A stretch of 64,000 nt of DNA from Verrucomicrobiota bacterium (GTDB lineage Bacteria > Verrucomicrobiota > Verrucomicrobiia > Opitutales > Opitutaceae): NCBI GenBank assembly GCA_019136515.1, contig JAGVUB010000164.1:14394-78393 (forward strand), read 5' to 3'. Under the pieces are notes generated by a model. It ran no database searches and was not told the origin of the DNA. It saw only the letters and a list, made by a program, of their open reading frames with translations. Positions 47,232-54,856 of the stretch are shown here, piece by piece. The first letter of the stretch is position 1, and every line of letters begins with the position of its first letter. A program made the translations under genes and the position numbers.

Positions 47232-48200
47232 ATGTCTACTCCGAAAACCCAATCCCGCCTCGGACGTGGCCTCGGCGCCTTGATCGCGTCGGGGGCCGGC
47301 GCGGCCAAGAAGAGCGATGCTCCCGTTGCTGCGGCTTCGAAGCCTGCGACCGCCCCGAGCGCCCCGGTGGCGCCGGCGCTGCCCAAGCCCGACGGCTATG
47401 CGGAGATCCCGGTTGCGGCGATCGAGCCCAACCCTCACCAGCCGCGCAAGGCCATCGAGCCGGCGGCGCTGGCCGAGCTCGCCGAGAGCATCAGCGCCGA
47501 GGGGCTGATGCAGCCGATCGTCGTGCGCAAGGTGGGCGAAAAGTATCAGCTGATCTCCGGCGAGCGCCGCTGGCGGGCGCATCAGCATCTCAAGCTCAAG
47601 ACCATCGCGGCGAAGGTCGTCGCGGCCAACGACGCCTCCTCGGCGGCGATGGCACTGATCGAGAACCTCCAGCGCGAGGACCTCAACCCGATGGACGAGG
47701 CCTTCGGCTACGCCCGCCTGATGCGGGAATTCGGTCTCACGCAGGAGCTGGCCGCCTCGCGCGTGGGCAAGGCCCGCGCTTCTGTCGCCAATGCCCTGCG
47801 ACTGCTCCAGCTCGATCCCGAAACCCAGGGCTACATCTCCAAGGGGCATCTCAGTGTCGGCCACGCCAAGGTGCTGCTCGGGCTCGAGAACGCCGCCGAG
47901 CGCCAGCTGCTCGCCCGCCGCGTCATCGAGGATGGACTCAGCGTGCGTGTGCTCGAACAGCTCGTGCAGCGCCACCGGGTTGCCGCGGCCGCGCCGGGCG
48001 CCTCGGTCGGGGCCAACGGCGGTCGCGTGGTGCCGCCTGCCGAGGCCACCGCGGTGGCCAACATCGAGAAGAAGCTCACGTCCCACTTCAACGCCCGCGT
48101 CTCGCTCAAGCACTCGCCCAAGAAGGGCAAGATCGTGATCGAGTATCAGGGCAACACCGACCTGCAGCGCATCCTCGACCGCCTCGGCGTGAGTGTGTGA
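47232..48200 (+). CDS. parB: Chromosome partitioning protein ParB/Spo0J
   Basis: LGRGLGALI, NPHQPRK, GLMQPIVVR, SGERRWRA and the HTH region are the canonical ParB boxes. Confidence 0.93.
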   Translation: MSTPKTQSRLGRGLGALIASGAGAAKKSDAPVAAASKPATAPSAPVAPALPKPDGYAEIPVAAIEPNPHQPRKAIEPAALAELAESISAEGLMQPIVVRKVGEKYQLISGERRWRAHQHLKLKTIAAKVVAANDASSAAMALIENLQREDLNPMDEAFGYARLMREFGLTQELAASRVGKARASVANALRLLQLDPETQGYISKGHLSVGHAKVLLGLENAAERQLLARRVIEDGLSVRVLEQLVQRHRVAAAAPGASVGANGGRVVPPAEATAVANIEKKLTSHFNARVSLKHSPKKGKIVIEYQGNTDLQRILDRLGVSV

Positions 48201-48269
48201 GGCGCCGTTTCGGCGTGCGGTTGGGGCACGACTCGCCCGCCACGCGTTGACGTGGCCGGACACGGGCGC

Positions 48270-48346
48270 TGGCGCGGGGGACGGGACTCGAACCCGTGAC
48301 CGACGGTTTAGAAAACCGTTGCTCTATCCGGCTGAGCTACCCCCGC
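48270..48346 (-). tRNA. tRNA-Arg (anticodon TCT), CCA encoded
   Basis: The reverse complement folds by hand into a cloverleaf. Acceptor GCGGGGG/CCCCCGC, D arm GCTC/GAGC, anticodon arm ACGGT-TTTCTAA-ACCGT, T arm ACGGG-TTCGAGT-CCCGT, discriminator G + CCA. Confidence 0.93.
48308..48346. repeat. attL core: 39-bp direct repeat (tRNA-Arg positions 1-39)
   Basis: TTAGAAAACCGTTGCTCTATCCGGCTGAGCTACCCCCGC is identical to 60161-60199. Confidence 0.9.
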
Positions 48347-48402
48347 AAGTTAATGGAAACCAGGGCTTTGTGACACTGAAAAAATGCGGTTTTGACGTTG
48401 GG

Positions 48403-48425
48403 AGTAACCCGGTTTAGTAACCCGG
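48403..48425 (+). repeat. Two direct AGTAACCCGG copies (putative integrase arm-type sites, attL side)
   Basis: AGTAACCCGG occurs at 48403-48412 and 48416-48425. The same 10-mer pair recurs at 60016-60037. Confidence 0.55.
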
Positions 48426-48435
48426 GCGAAATCCC

Positions 48436-49557
48436 ATGCGCAAAACACCCGTCGAAAAGGAGCAAACGCAACCGGAGCAGAGCCCAGATGAGCCTCTGTT
48501 TCAGAAAGTCGGCGAATGCCTGTACCGGCGCCAATCATCTCAGGTGTATTACGCCCTCGTGAAGCGTGCCGGCAAGCAGCATCGAAAGTCGCTCAAGACT
48601 ACGGATCGGAAGCTGGCGGAGCGCCTGTTGGCCGATTACCGCCGCGAGATTGGCGCGGTGAAGCCGACAGTGGGAGGGAGAAGCGTTACCTTGGGCGAAG
48701 TCGCCAAGCGGTGGCTTGAGGCCAAGAAGCCCTTCCTGAAGCCGATGTCATTCAAGCGTTGTGAGACGAGCGTGGGCCAGCTCTGCCGCTTGTTGGGGAC
48801 GGTCGCGGTTCGGAAGATCTCGCCGACGATGCTTGAGGACTGGGCGAGCAAGCGGATTAAGGAAGGGCGCAGCCCGAAGGGGCTCAGCGCATCGACCTAC
48901 AACAACGAGCGCGACACACTCATCGCCATCCTCGACCAGGCGAAGCGGGACGGCCACTTGCTCGATAACGTCGCCGAGGCGCTCCCGCGCCGAAAAGGAG
49001 AGAAGAAAGCGAAGGTCATCCCGTCCAAGGAGGACTTCGCGAAGTTGGTCCAGGTGTTGCGGGCGTGCGACCATCGCTCGCAGGCCGCGGCCGATTTGGT
49101 TGAACTGGCGGCGTACACCGGCGCGCGACTTGGCGAAGTGACGACGATGCGCTGGCGCGACATCCTCTTTGAGAAAGGCCGCTTCGTCATCACGGGCGGA
49201 GAGAAGGGGACGAAGAACAGCGAGGCGCGGGAGCGGCCTCTATTTCCGGCGGCCCGCGCTCTGCTGGAGCGCATGCGCGAACGGGACAAGCCCCAGCCGG
49301 ACGATTTGATCATTAGCATCACCTCTGCGAAGCGCGCCCTGACCTCCGCATGCAAGAAGGCCGGGATTCCGCGGCTCACCCATCACGTCATGCGCCATTT
49401 CTTTGTCAGTAACGCCATTGAGGCCGGTGTGGATTTCAAGACCATCGCGGATTGGATAGGACACAAGGACGGCGGCGTACTTGTCGCCAAGACCTACGGA
49501 CACCTGCGCGATGCTCACTCTTTTGAGATGGCAAAGAAGATGACGTTCTCGGCGTAA
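48436..49557 (+). CDS. int: Tyrosine-type site-specific integrase
   Basis: C-terminal catalytic region with ...GARLGEV..., HHVMRHFFVS, and GHKDGGVLVAKTYGHL (R-H-R-Y type signature). It is adjacent to the tRNA. Confidence 0.92.
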   Translation: MRKTPVEKEQTQPEQSPDEPLFQKVGECLYRRQSSQVYYALVKRAGKQHRKSLKTTDRKLAERLLADYRREIGAVKPTVGGRSVTLGEVAKRWLEAKKPFLKPMSFKRCETSVGQLCRLLGTVAVRKISPTMLEDWASKRIKEGRSPKGLSASTYNNERDTLIAILDQAKRDGHLLDNVAEALPRRKGEKKAKVIPSKEDFAKLVQVLRACDHRSQAAADLVELAAYTGARLGEVTTMRWRDILFEKGRFVITGGEKGTKNSEARERPLFPAARALLERMRERDKPQPDDLIISITSAKRALTSACKKAGIPRLTHHVMRHFFVSNAIEAGVDFKTIADWIGHKDGGVLVAKTYGHLRDAHSFEMAKKMTFSA

Positions 49558-49568
49558 TTGGACCTGCC

Positions 49569-50225
49569 ATGCCATTGCCCGCATCGAAACGAGACGCCCA
49601 GTTGGAATTCGCAAGGCGAGTCCAAGATTTCGAGCGTTTTGCTGCGGACCTTGAATTAGCCCCACAATGGGCACGCGAAGCATTCAACCGTGGGGCGTGT
49701 TCGATGCCATTGGTAACCGCGATCTTCGCCATGGAAGACCAACCTCAAGCTTTCGCTGAGGGATTTCTCGCGGAGTTATTCACCGCTGTCTTTGGACGAA
49801 TCGTGAATGAAGGTGCTGATCTTGCGAAGGAGGAAGCGGCGAAGCACCCAGAGGACGTGAAGCTTCAGGAGGAAGCCGCCGGTTCGAAAAAGATCAGTGA
49901 GAAGCTGAATACCGCGTTCGGCCGTTTCTTCGGAAATCGGATGGCACGCGCAGGAGCAGAGAGGGAGCAATTTCTCCGGGGAGTTGAGCTATGGAGACGG
50001 CTGATGCCTGGAGACAGTCTGGATTTCCTTCGCGGCAATTTGGGCAACCTCGCGACTGAGCCTTATCTCTACCTCGCTGCATTTTGGAGGGAGTTCGCAG
50101 AGCTGAAGTCGATCAAAGAGGCCCACTTCGCGCTGTTTTGTATGTTCGACAAAAACGAAGCCTTGGCGGGTACGTTCGAGGCGTTTCGAAAACGAGCCCA
50201 AGTGATTGGGCTCAAGTATACTTAG
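49569..50225 (+). CDS. Hypothetical protein (island-borne)
   Basis: 218-aa ORF starting 11 nt after int. No family recognised. Confidence 0.55.
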   Translation: MPLPASKRDAQLEFARRVQDFERFAADLELAPQWAREAFNRGACSMPLVTAIFAMEDQPQAFAEGFLAELFTAVFGRIVNEGADLAKEEAAKHPEDVKLQEEAAGSKKISEKLNTAFGRFFGNRMARAGAEREQFLRGVELWRRLMPGDSLDFLRGNLGNLATEPYLYLAAFWREFAELKSIKEAHFALFCMFDKNEALAGTFEAFRKRAQVIGLKYT

Positions 50226-50317
50226 GGAGATCCAAGCTATTTCTTGGGAAGTCGTGTTCTTCGACTTCCCAAGCGCTGTTTCGCTGGGCTGAGTCCGGGC
50301 TGTCTTGCTGTGGCCCG

Positions 50318-50527
50318 ATGATTCAAGACACCTCCCTCACCATCCCGGGCAAACTTGCCCTCTCACGCGCCGAAGCTGCACAGCAGCTCAGCATCAGCAT
50401 CCCGAGCCTGGACCGGGCTGTCGTACGGGGGCTTCTCAAGCCCTCCCGCATCGGCCGCCGTCTGGTCTTCACTCGCGCGGAGCTCCAACGCTTTCTCGAC
50501 GAGAGCCGAGGGGAGGTCACCCAGTGA
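50318..50527 (+). CDS. Excisionase-family / MerR-like helix-turn-helix protein
   Basis: 69 aa. LSRAEAAQQLSISIPSLDRAVVRGLLKPSRIGRRLVFTRAELQRFL fits the HTH_17/excisionase pattern. Confidence 0.7.
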   Translation: MIQDTSLTIPGKLALSRAEAAQQLSISIPSLDRAVVRGLLKPSRIGRRLVFTRAELQRFLDESRGEVTQ

Positions 50528-50538
50528 ACGCCGCCCCT

Positions 50539-50748
50539 ATGCCCTCCGCTGTTCCCGGAGTCCCGCGAGGCAAGCTTGCCCTTCCGCGCTTCGAGGCTGC
50601 CAAGGTTCTTGGCCTCACCCTTGAGCGCCTGGACCAATTTGTCGTCCGCGGGCTGCTCCGCCCCTCGCGGGCGCTTCGCCGGCCGCTCTTCCCCGTTTGG
50701 GAGCTGGAGCGTTTCCGCGGCGCCATGGCGCAAACCATCAACGCGTGA
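50539..50748 (+). CDS. Second excisionase-family HTH protein (tandem paralogue)
   Basis: LPRFEAAKVLGLTLERLDQFVVRGLLRPSRALRRPLFPVWELERF parallels the upstream gene. An alternative GTG start at 50524 overlaps the previous stop. Confidence 0.65.
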   Translation: MPSAVPGVPRGKLALPRFEAAKVLGLTLERLDQFVVRGLLRPSRALRRPLFPVWELERFRGAMAQTINA

Positions 50749-50759
50749 GGCCTGCTGCG

Positions 50760-51059
50760 ATGAACACCACCCCGACTTCACACACGCAGCACGGGCAACC
50801 GCTCGAAAATGCGGCAAATGCCCGACGCTTTCCTCTGGTCGTTTTCTGGCTCAGCTCCTGCCAAGCGACGAAACGGCCGTTTCAGGCCTTTATCGCTATC
50901 CTGGCGATTGCGAGCCAAACGCCGCCTTGCGTTTCGTCTGCCCCTTTGATGGCGGCCCTCTCGGGCGTCCTCGCGGATCGCCTGAAACGCGGGAAAACGG
51001 CCGTTTCGAATTGGGCCTTTGCGCTGTTCACCTTCTGGACGAAAGGCCCCCGCCAATGA
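50760..51059 (+). CDS. Possible small hypothetical protein
   Basis: 99-aa ORF whose stop overlaps the next ATG (ATGA). By hand count, third-position GC is ~70% in this frame and ~56% in the alternative frame. Confidence 0.35.
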   Translation: MNTTPTSHTQHGQPLENAANARRFPLVVFWLSSCQATKRPFQAFIAILAIASQTPPCVSSAPLMAALSGVLADRLKRGKTAVSNWAFALFTFWTKGPRQ

Positions 51060-52153
51060 GCACCGAACCCCTTTCCCATACTCCAGAAAACGCCCAACAA
51101 AACGCCAGCCGAACGGAAACGCCCCCGCCCATCGCGTTTTTCACCCCGTCTGAGCTGACCGCCTATGACCCGCCCGAAGGGGGGCGTTTGGTCGGCCACA
51201 ATCACATCACCAAGGGCGCAACGGCCGTTATCGCCGGCGCCGCCGGCATTGGCAAAAGCCGCGCGGCGGTTGGCCTCGCGGTCGCGGGCGCACGTGGCGT
51301 CGATTGGATGGGGCTGACCGTTCACCGGCGTTTCCGCTCCCTCATTATCCAGAGCGAAAACGGGCCTTTGCGTTTGAAAGACGAGTTCTCGGCCATCGGG
51401 ACGAACGACCTCGACGGGTATATCCGCGTTTCCCCTCCGCCGCCGTTTGGCTTCGAATTCGGAAACGCCCAATTTGTGGCGGAGATTAAGGCTGCGTTGG
51501 CCGATTTCCAGCCCGACATCGTTATCCTCGACCCTTGGACGGCCACCGTTACCGACGACAAAGGGAAGGACTATCGGGAAACGCTCCAGCTCTTGAAACG
51601 GGTGTTTGGCTGCGGTGACGACAGCCCCGCCTTGGTCATCGTCGCCCACACCCGAAAGCCCGGAAACGGCGACCGTGTTCCCCGCGGCCGGAGTCTTATG
51701 CATGAGGTCGCAGGCTCTTACGTGCTCACCTCGCACGCCCGATGCGTTTTCAACATGCTACCCGCATCGGACGATACGTCCGATGACCGGATCGTTTTCG
51801 AGAACTCGAAAAACAACGACGGCCAACAGGTGAAGCCGTCCGCCTGGCACCGGCAAAACGGCCTTTTTCTGCCGTGCCCCGATTTCGACTGGAACGCCTA
51901 CAACGGCAAACAGGAGCGGGGACGCAGCAAAATTGGCCGCGGTGACCTTCGGGAGGTGTTCGAGAAGGCCGGAGGACCGATGACCCGGCAGGATGCCGTA
52001 AAAGCGCTTCGTGAGGTCACCGGGTGCTCCAAAAGCGTCGCCTACGACGCCCTCAGCAACGATGGTTCGTTTGCCGAATGCCTCGCAGCCGAAGGGGCCA
52101 TGCTCCGCTGGAGCGAATCGGAGGCGGAGGATTCCGAGTCCGACCATGCCTAA
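51056..52153 (+). CDS. RecA-fold AAA ATPase (RepA/AAA_25-like), probable island replication/mobilisation protein
   Basis: Walker A GAAGIGKS, Walker B DIVILDPW, and VIVAHTRK typical of RepA-like proteins. The C-terminus looks like a winged helix. Confidence 0.7.
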   Translation: MSTEPLSHTPENAQQNASRTETPPPIAFFTPSELTAYDPPEGGRLVGHNHITKGATAVIAGAAGIGKSRAAVGLAVAGARGVDWMGLTVHRRFRSLIIQSENGPLRLKDEFSAIGTNDLDGYIRVSPPPPFGFEFGNAQFVAEIKAALADFQPDIVILDPWTATVTDDKGKDYRETLQLLKRVFGCGDDSPALVIVAHTRKPGNGDRVPRGRSLMHEVAGSYVLTSHARCVFNMLPASDDTSDDRIVFENSKNNDGQQVKPSAWHRQNGLFLPCPDFDWNAYNGKQERGRSKIGRGDLREVFEKAGGPMTRQDAVKALREVTGCSKSVAYDALSNDGSFAECLAAEGAMLRWSESEAEDSESDHA

Positions 52154-52294
52154 GCGAAATCGGACTCGGAAACGTAAGCGCGAAAGCCTTGCCGTTCGGC
52201 ACCTTCGCGTCTCAACTTTCTCCGTTCGTTCTCCGCCGCCGCAAACCCGCGGAGCCGCGCAAGACTCCAGAACGGATCGCACCCCCACGCCGTC

Positions 52295-54835
52295 ATGAAA
52301 GAGGCCTCCGCCCGCATCAAAATCAACAAGCTGCTCGAAGCGGCGGGCTGGCGTTTCTTTGCCGATAGCACCGGGCCGGCCAACATCCAGCTTGAGCCGG
52401 CCGTGGCGCTCAAGTCCCACGACCTCGACGCCCTCGGCGAGGACTTCGAGAAAGCGAGCAAGGGCTTCATCGACTTCCTGCTCCTCAACGAGAAGGGCTT
52501 CCCGTTCATCGTACTTGAGGCGAAGGCGGAGAACAAAAACCCGCTCGTCGGCAAGGAACAGGCCCGCAAGTACGCCCGCTCACAGAACTGCCGCTTCGTC
52601 ATCCTCTCCAACGGCAACCTGCACTACTTCTGGGACCTGGAGCGCGGGAATCCCTACATCATCACCGCCTTCCCTCGGCCGGACTCGGTCACCGGTTACC
52701 AGAAGACCACGCCGGACCCGAAGCGCTTCATCGAGGAGCCCATCGGCGACGACTATGTGGTCCTGACCCAGCGGCCCAGCTATGCGGCCGAGGCTGCCTG
52801 GAAAAACCCTGCCGAGCGCGCCCGCTTCATCGAGGTCAATGGCCTGCGCTTCCTCCGCCCCTACCAGAAGCAGGCCGTCGTCGCCGTCCAGCAGGCCGTT
52901 GCGAAGGGTTACGACCGCTTCCTCTTGGAGATGGCCACCGGCACCGGCAAGACGCTCACCGCCGCCGCCCTCATCAAGCTCTTTCTCCGCACCGGCAATG
53001 CCCGCCGCGTCATCTTCCTCGTCGACCGCCTGGAGCTGGAGGACCAAGCGCTGAAGGCCTTCCGCAAGACTCTCGCGAACGACTACCGCAGCGTCATCTA
53101 CAAGGAGAACCGCGACGACTGGCGCCACGCCGAGGTCGTCGTCACCACCGTTCAGTCGCTGCTTTTCAACAACAAGTACCAGCAGCTCTTTTCGCCGACG
53201 GACTTCGACCTCGTCATCTCCGACGAAGCCCACCGTTCCATCGGCGGTAACGCCCGCGCCGTCTTCGACTACTTCATCGGCTACAAGCTCGGCCTTACCG
53301 CCACGCCTCGCGACTACCTCAAGAAGTTCGACAAGAACAAGCCCGGCACCCGCGACCCGCGGGAGCTCGAGCGGCGCCTCCTGCTCGACACCTACCGAAC
53401 CTTTGGCTGCGACGACGGTCAGCCCACATTCCGCTACTCCCTGCTCGACGGCGTGAAGGACGGTTTCCTCATCAACCCGACCGTTGTCGACGCCCGCAGC
53501 GAGATAACCACCCAGCTCCTCGCCGACGAGGGCTTTGTCGTGGAGTTCAAGGACGAGGACGGCGACGACCAGAAGGAGACCTTTGCGCAACGCGATTTCG
53601 AGAAACGCTTCTTCTCTCCGGCCACCAATCAGCTCTTCTGCAAAACCTTTCTCGAAAACGCACTCCGTGACCCCATCAGCCGGGAGATTGGCAAGTCCAT
53701 CGTCTTTGCCGTCAGCCAGAACCACGCGGCCAAGCTCGTGCAGATCCTCAACGAAATGGCCGACCGGATGTTCCCCGGCAAATACCAGTCCGATTTCGCC
53801 GTGCAGGTCACCTCGCAGGTCGACGGCGCCCAGCAGCACACGATCAATTTCACCAACAACAATCTCCTCGGCTCCGCCAATTTCCTGCCGCTCTACCGCA
53901 CCAGCAAGGCCCGCGTCTGCGTCACCGTCGGCATGATGACCACCGGCTACGACTGCCCGGACATCCTCAACCTCGGCCTCTTCCGTCCAATCTTCTCGCC
54001 GACCGACTTCATCCAGATCAAGGGCCGCGGCACCCGGAAGCACGACTTCCGCGAGCAGCTCTTCGACGAGGCGCTGAAGGAGAACGTCGCCGCCCCGAAA
54101 AAGACTGCCTTCAAGCTCTTCGACTTCTTCGCTAACTGCGAATTCTTCGAGGAGAAGTTCAATTACGACGAAGTCCTCAAGCTGCCCAAGCCGAAGAGCC
54201 CCGGCGGCACCGGTGGCCCCGGTCCCGTGCCCGGCCCCACTGCCACCGTCACCACCTACGAGCACCTCGGCGACGACCTGCTCGCATCGCTCCAAGTCGA
54301 GGAGATCGGACAAGAGGGCATGCGCATCGACCGCGAGTTCTACGCGAAATTCGAGCACGTCGTGCGGGAGAACGAATTCATCGCCGCCAGCGTCGAGGCC
54401 GGCCAATGGGACCGCGTGCTCGACTACGTGAACCACGAGGTCTTCGACAAGCCCACCGAGTTCTACACCCTCGAAAAGCTCCGCCGCGCCGCCGCCGTTG
54501 ACCGCCGCCTCACGCTCCGCGAGATCCTCGAAAAGATCTTCGGCCTCATCCCGCGCTTCAAATCGAAGGACGAGCTCCTGGAGGAGGAGTTCTCCAAGTT
54601 CGTCGCCGACTACAAGCCCGAGGAGTCCGACGCTATCCCGGCGCTCAAGACCTACTTCAAGGCCTATGTTAGCAGCGACCAGGTCCGCCATATCATCGAG
54701 ACCGGGCAACTGACAGACCTCGCCACCAATCCCGTTTTCACGACCAAGGATTTTAAGGCTGTCCCGGCGAAGTATCGTGCCCTCATCCCCGACTACGTCA
54801 AAGACTACGTCTCGCTGAACCAGTTCGTCGCCTGA
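52295..54835 (+). CDS. hsdR: Type I restriction enzyme R subunit (HsdR-like: PD-(D/E)xK nuclease + SF2 helicase)
   Basis: N-terminal nuclease motif (IDFLLL...FIVLEAKAENK), helicase motif I ATGTGKT, motif II VISDEAHRS, and the later motifs TATP and QIKGRGTR. Confidence 0.88.
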   Translation: MKEASARIKINKLLEAAGWRFFADSTGPANIQLEPAVALKSHDLDALGEDFEKASKGFIDFLLLNEKGFPFIVLEAKAENKNPLVGKEQARKYARSQNCRFVILSNGNLHYFWDLERGNPYIITAFPRPDSVTGYQKTTPDPKRFIEEPIGDDYVVLTQRPSYAAEAAWKNPAERARFIEVNGLRFLRPYQKQAVVAVQQAVAKGYDRFLLEMATGTGKTLTAAALIKLFLRTGNARRVIFLVDRLELEDQALKAFRKTLANDYRSVIYKENRDDWRHAEVVVTTVQSLLFNNKYQQLFSPTDFDLVISDEAHRSIGGNARAVFDYFIGYKLGLTATPRDYLKKFDKNKPGTRDPRELERRLLLDTYRTFGCDDGQPTFRYSLLDGVKDGFLINPTVVDARSEITTQLLADEGFVVEFKDEDGDDQKETFAQRDFEKRFFSPATNQLFCKTFLENALRDPISREIGKSIVFAVSQNHAAKLVQILNEMADRMFPGKYQSDFAVQVTSQVDGAQQHTINFTNNNLLGSANFLPLYRTSKARVCVTVGMMTTGYDCPDILNLGLFRPIFSPTDFIQIKGRGTRKHDFREQLFDEALKENVAAPKKTAFKLFDFFANCEFFEEKFNYDEVLKLPKPKSPGGTGGPGPVPGPTATVTTYEHLGDDLLASLQVEEIGQEGMRIDREFYAKFEHVVRENEFIAASVEAGQWDRVLDYVNHEVFDKPTEFYTLEKLRRAAAVDRRLTLREILEKIFGLIPRFKSKDELLEEEFSKFVADYKPEESDAIPALKTYFKAYVSSDQVRHIIETGQLTDLATNPVFTTKDFKAVPAKYRALIPDYVKDYVSLNQFVA

Positions 54836-54856
54836 CCCTTTCGTAACGCTCCCCAC

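Noticed and set aside
50576-51055. Possible long N-terminal extension of the RepA-like ATPase (ORF 50576..52153)
   Set aside because: The extension overlaps the second excisionase-like gene. By hand count it has lower third-position GC (~56%) than the alternative 99-aa frame (~70%). ATG 51056 immediately precedes the conserved ATPase core.
52580-54856. 758-aa ORF antisense to hsdR. Similar cases are 58051..59199 antisense to the nuclease gene, 60146..61429 antisense to cysE, and 61282..63069 antisense to ilvB.
   Set aside because: They are mirror-frame ORFs with Gly/Asp/Glu/Val/Leu-rich, motif-less translations. The sense genes are clearly identifiable.
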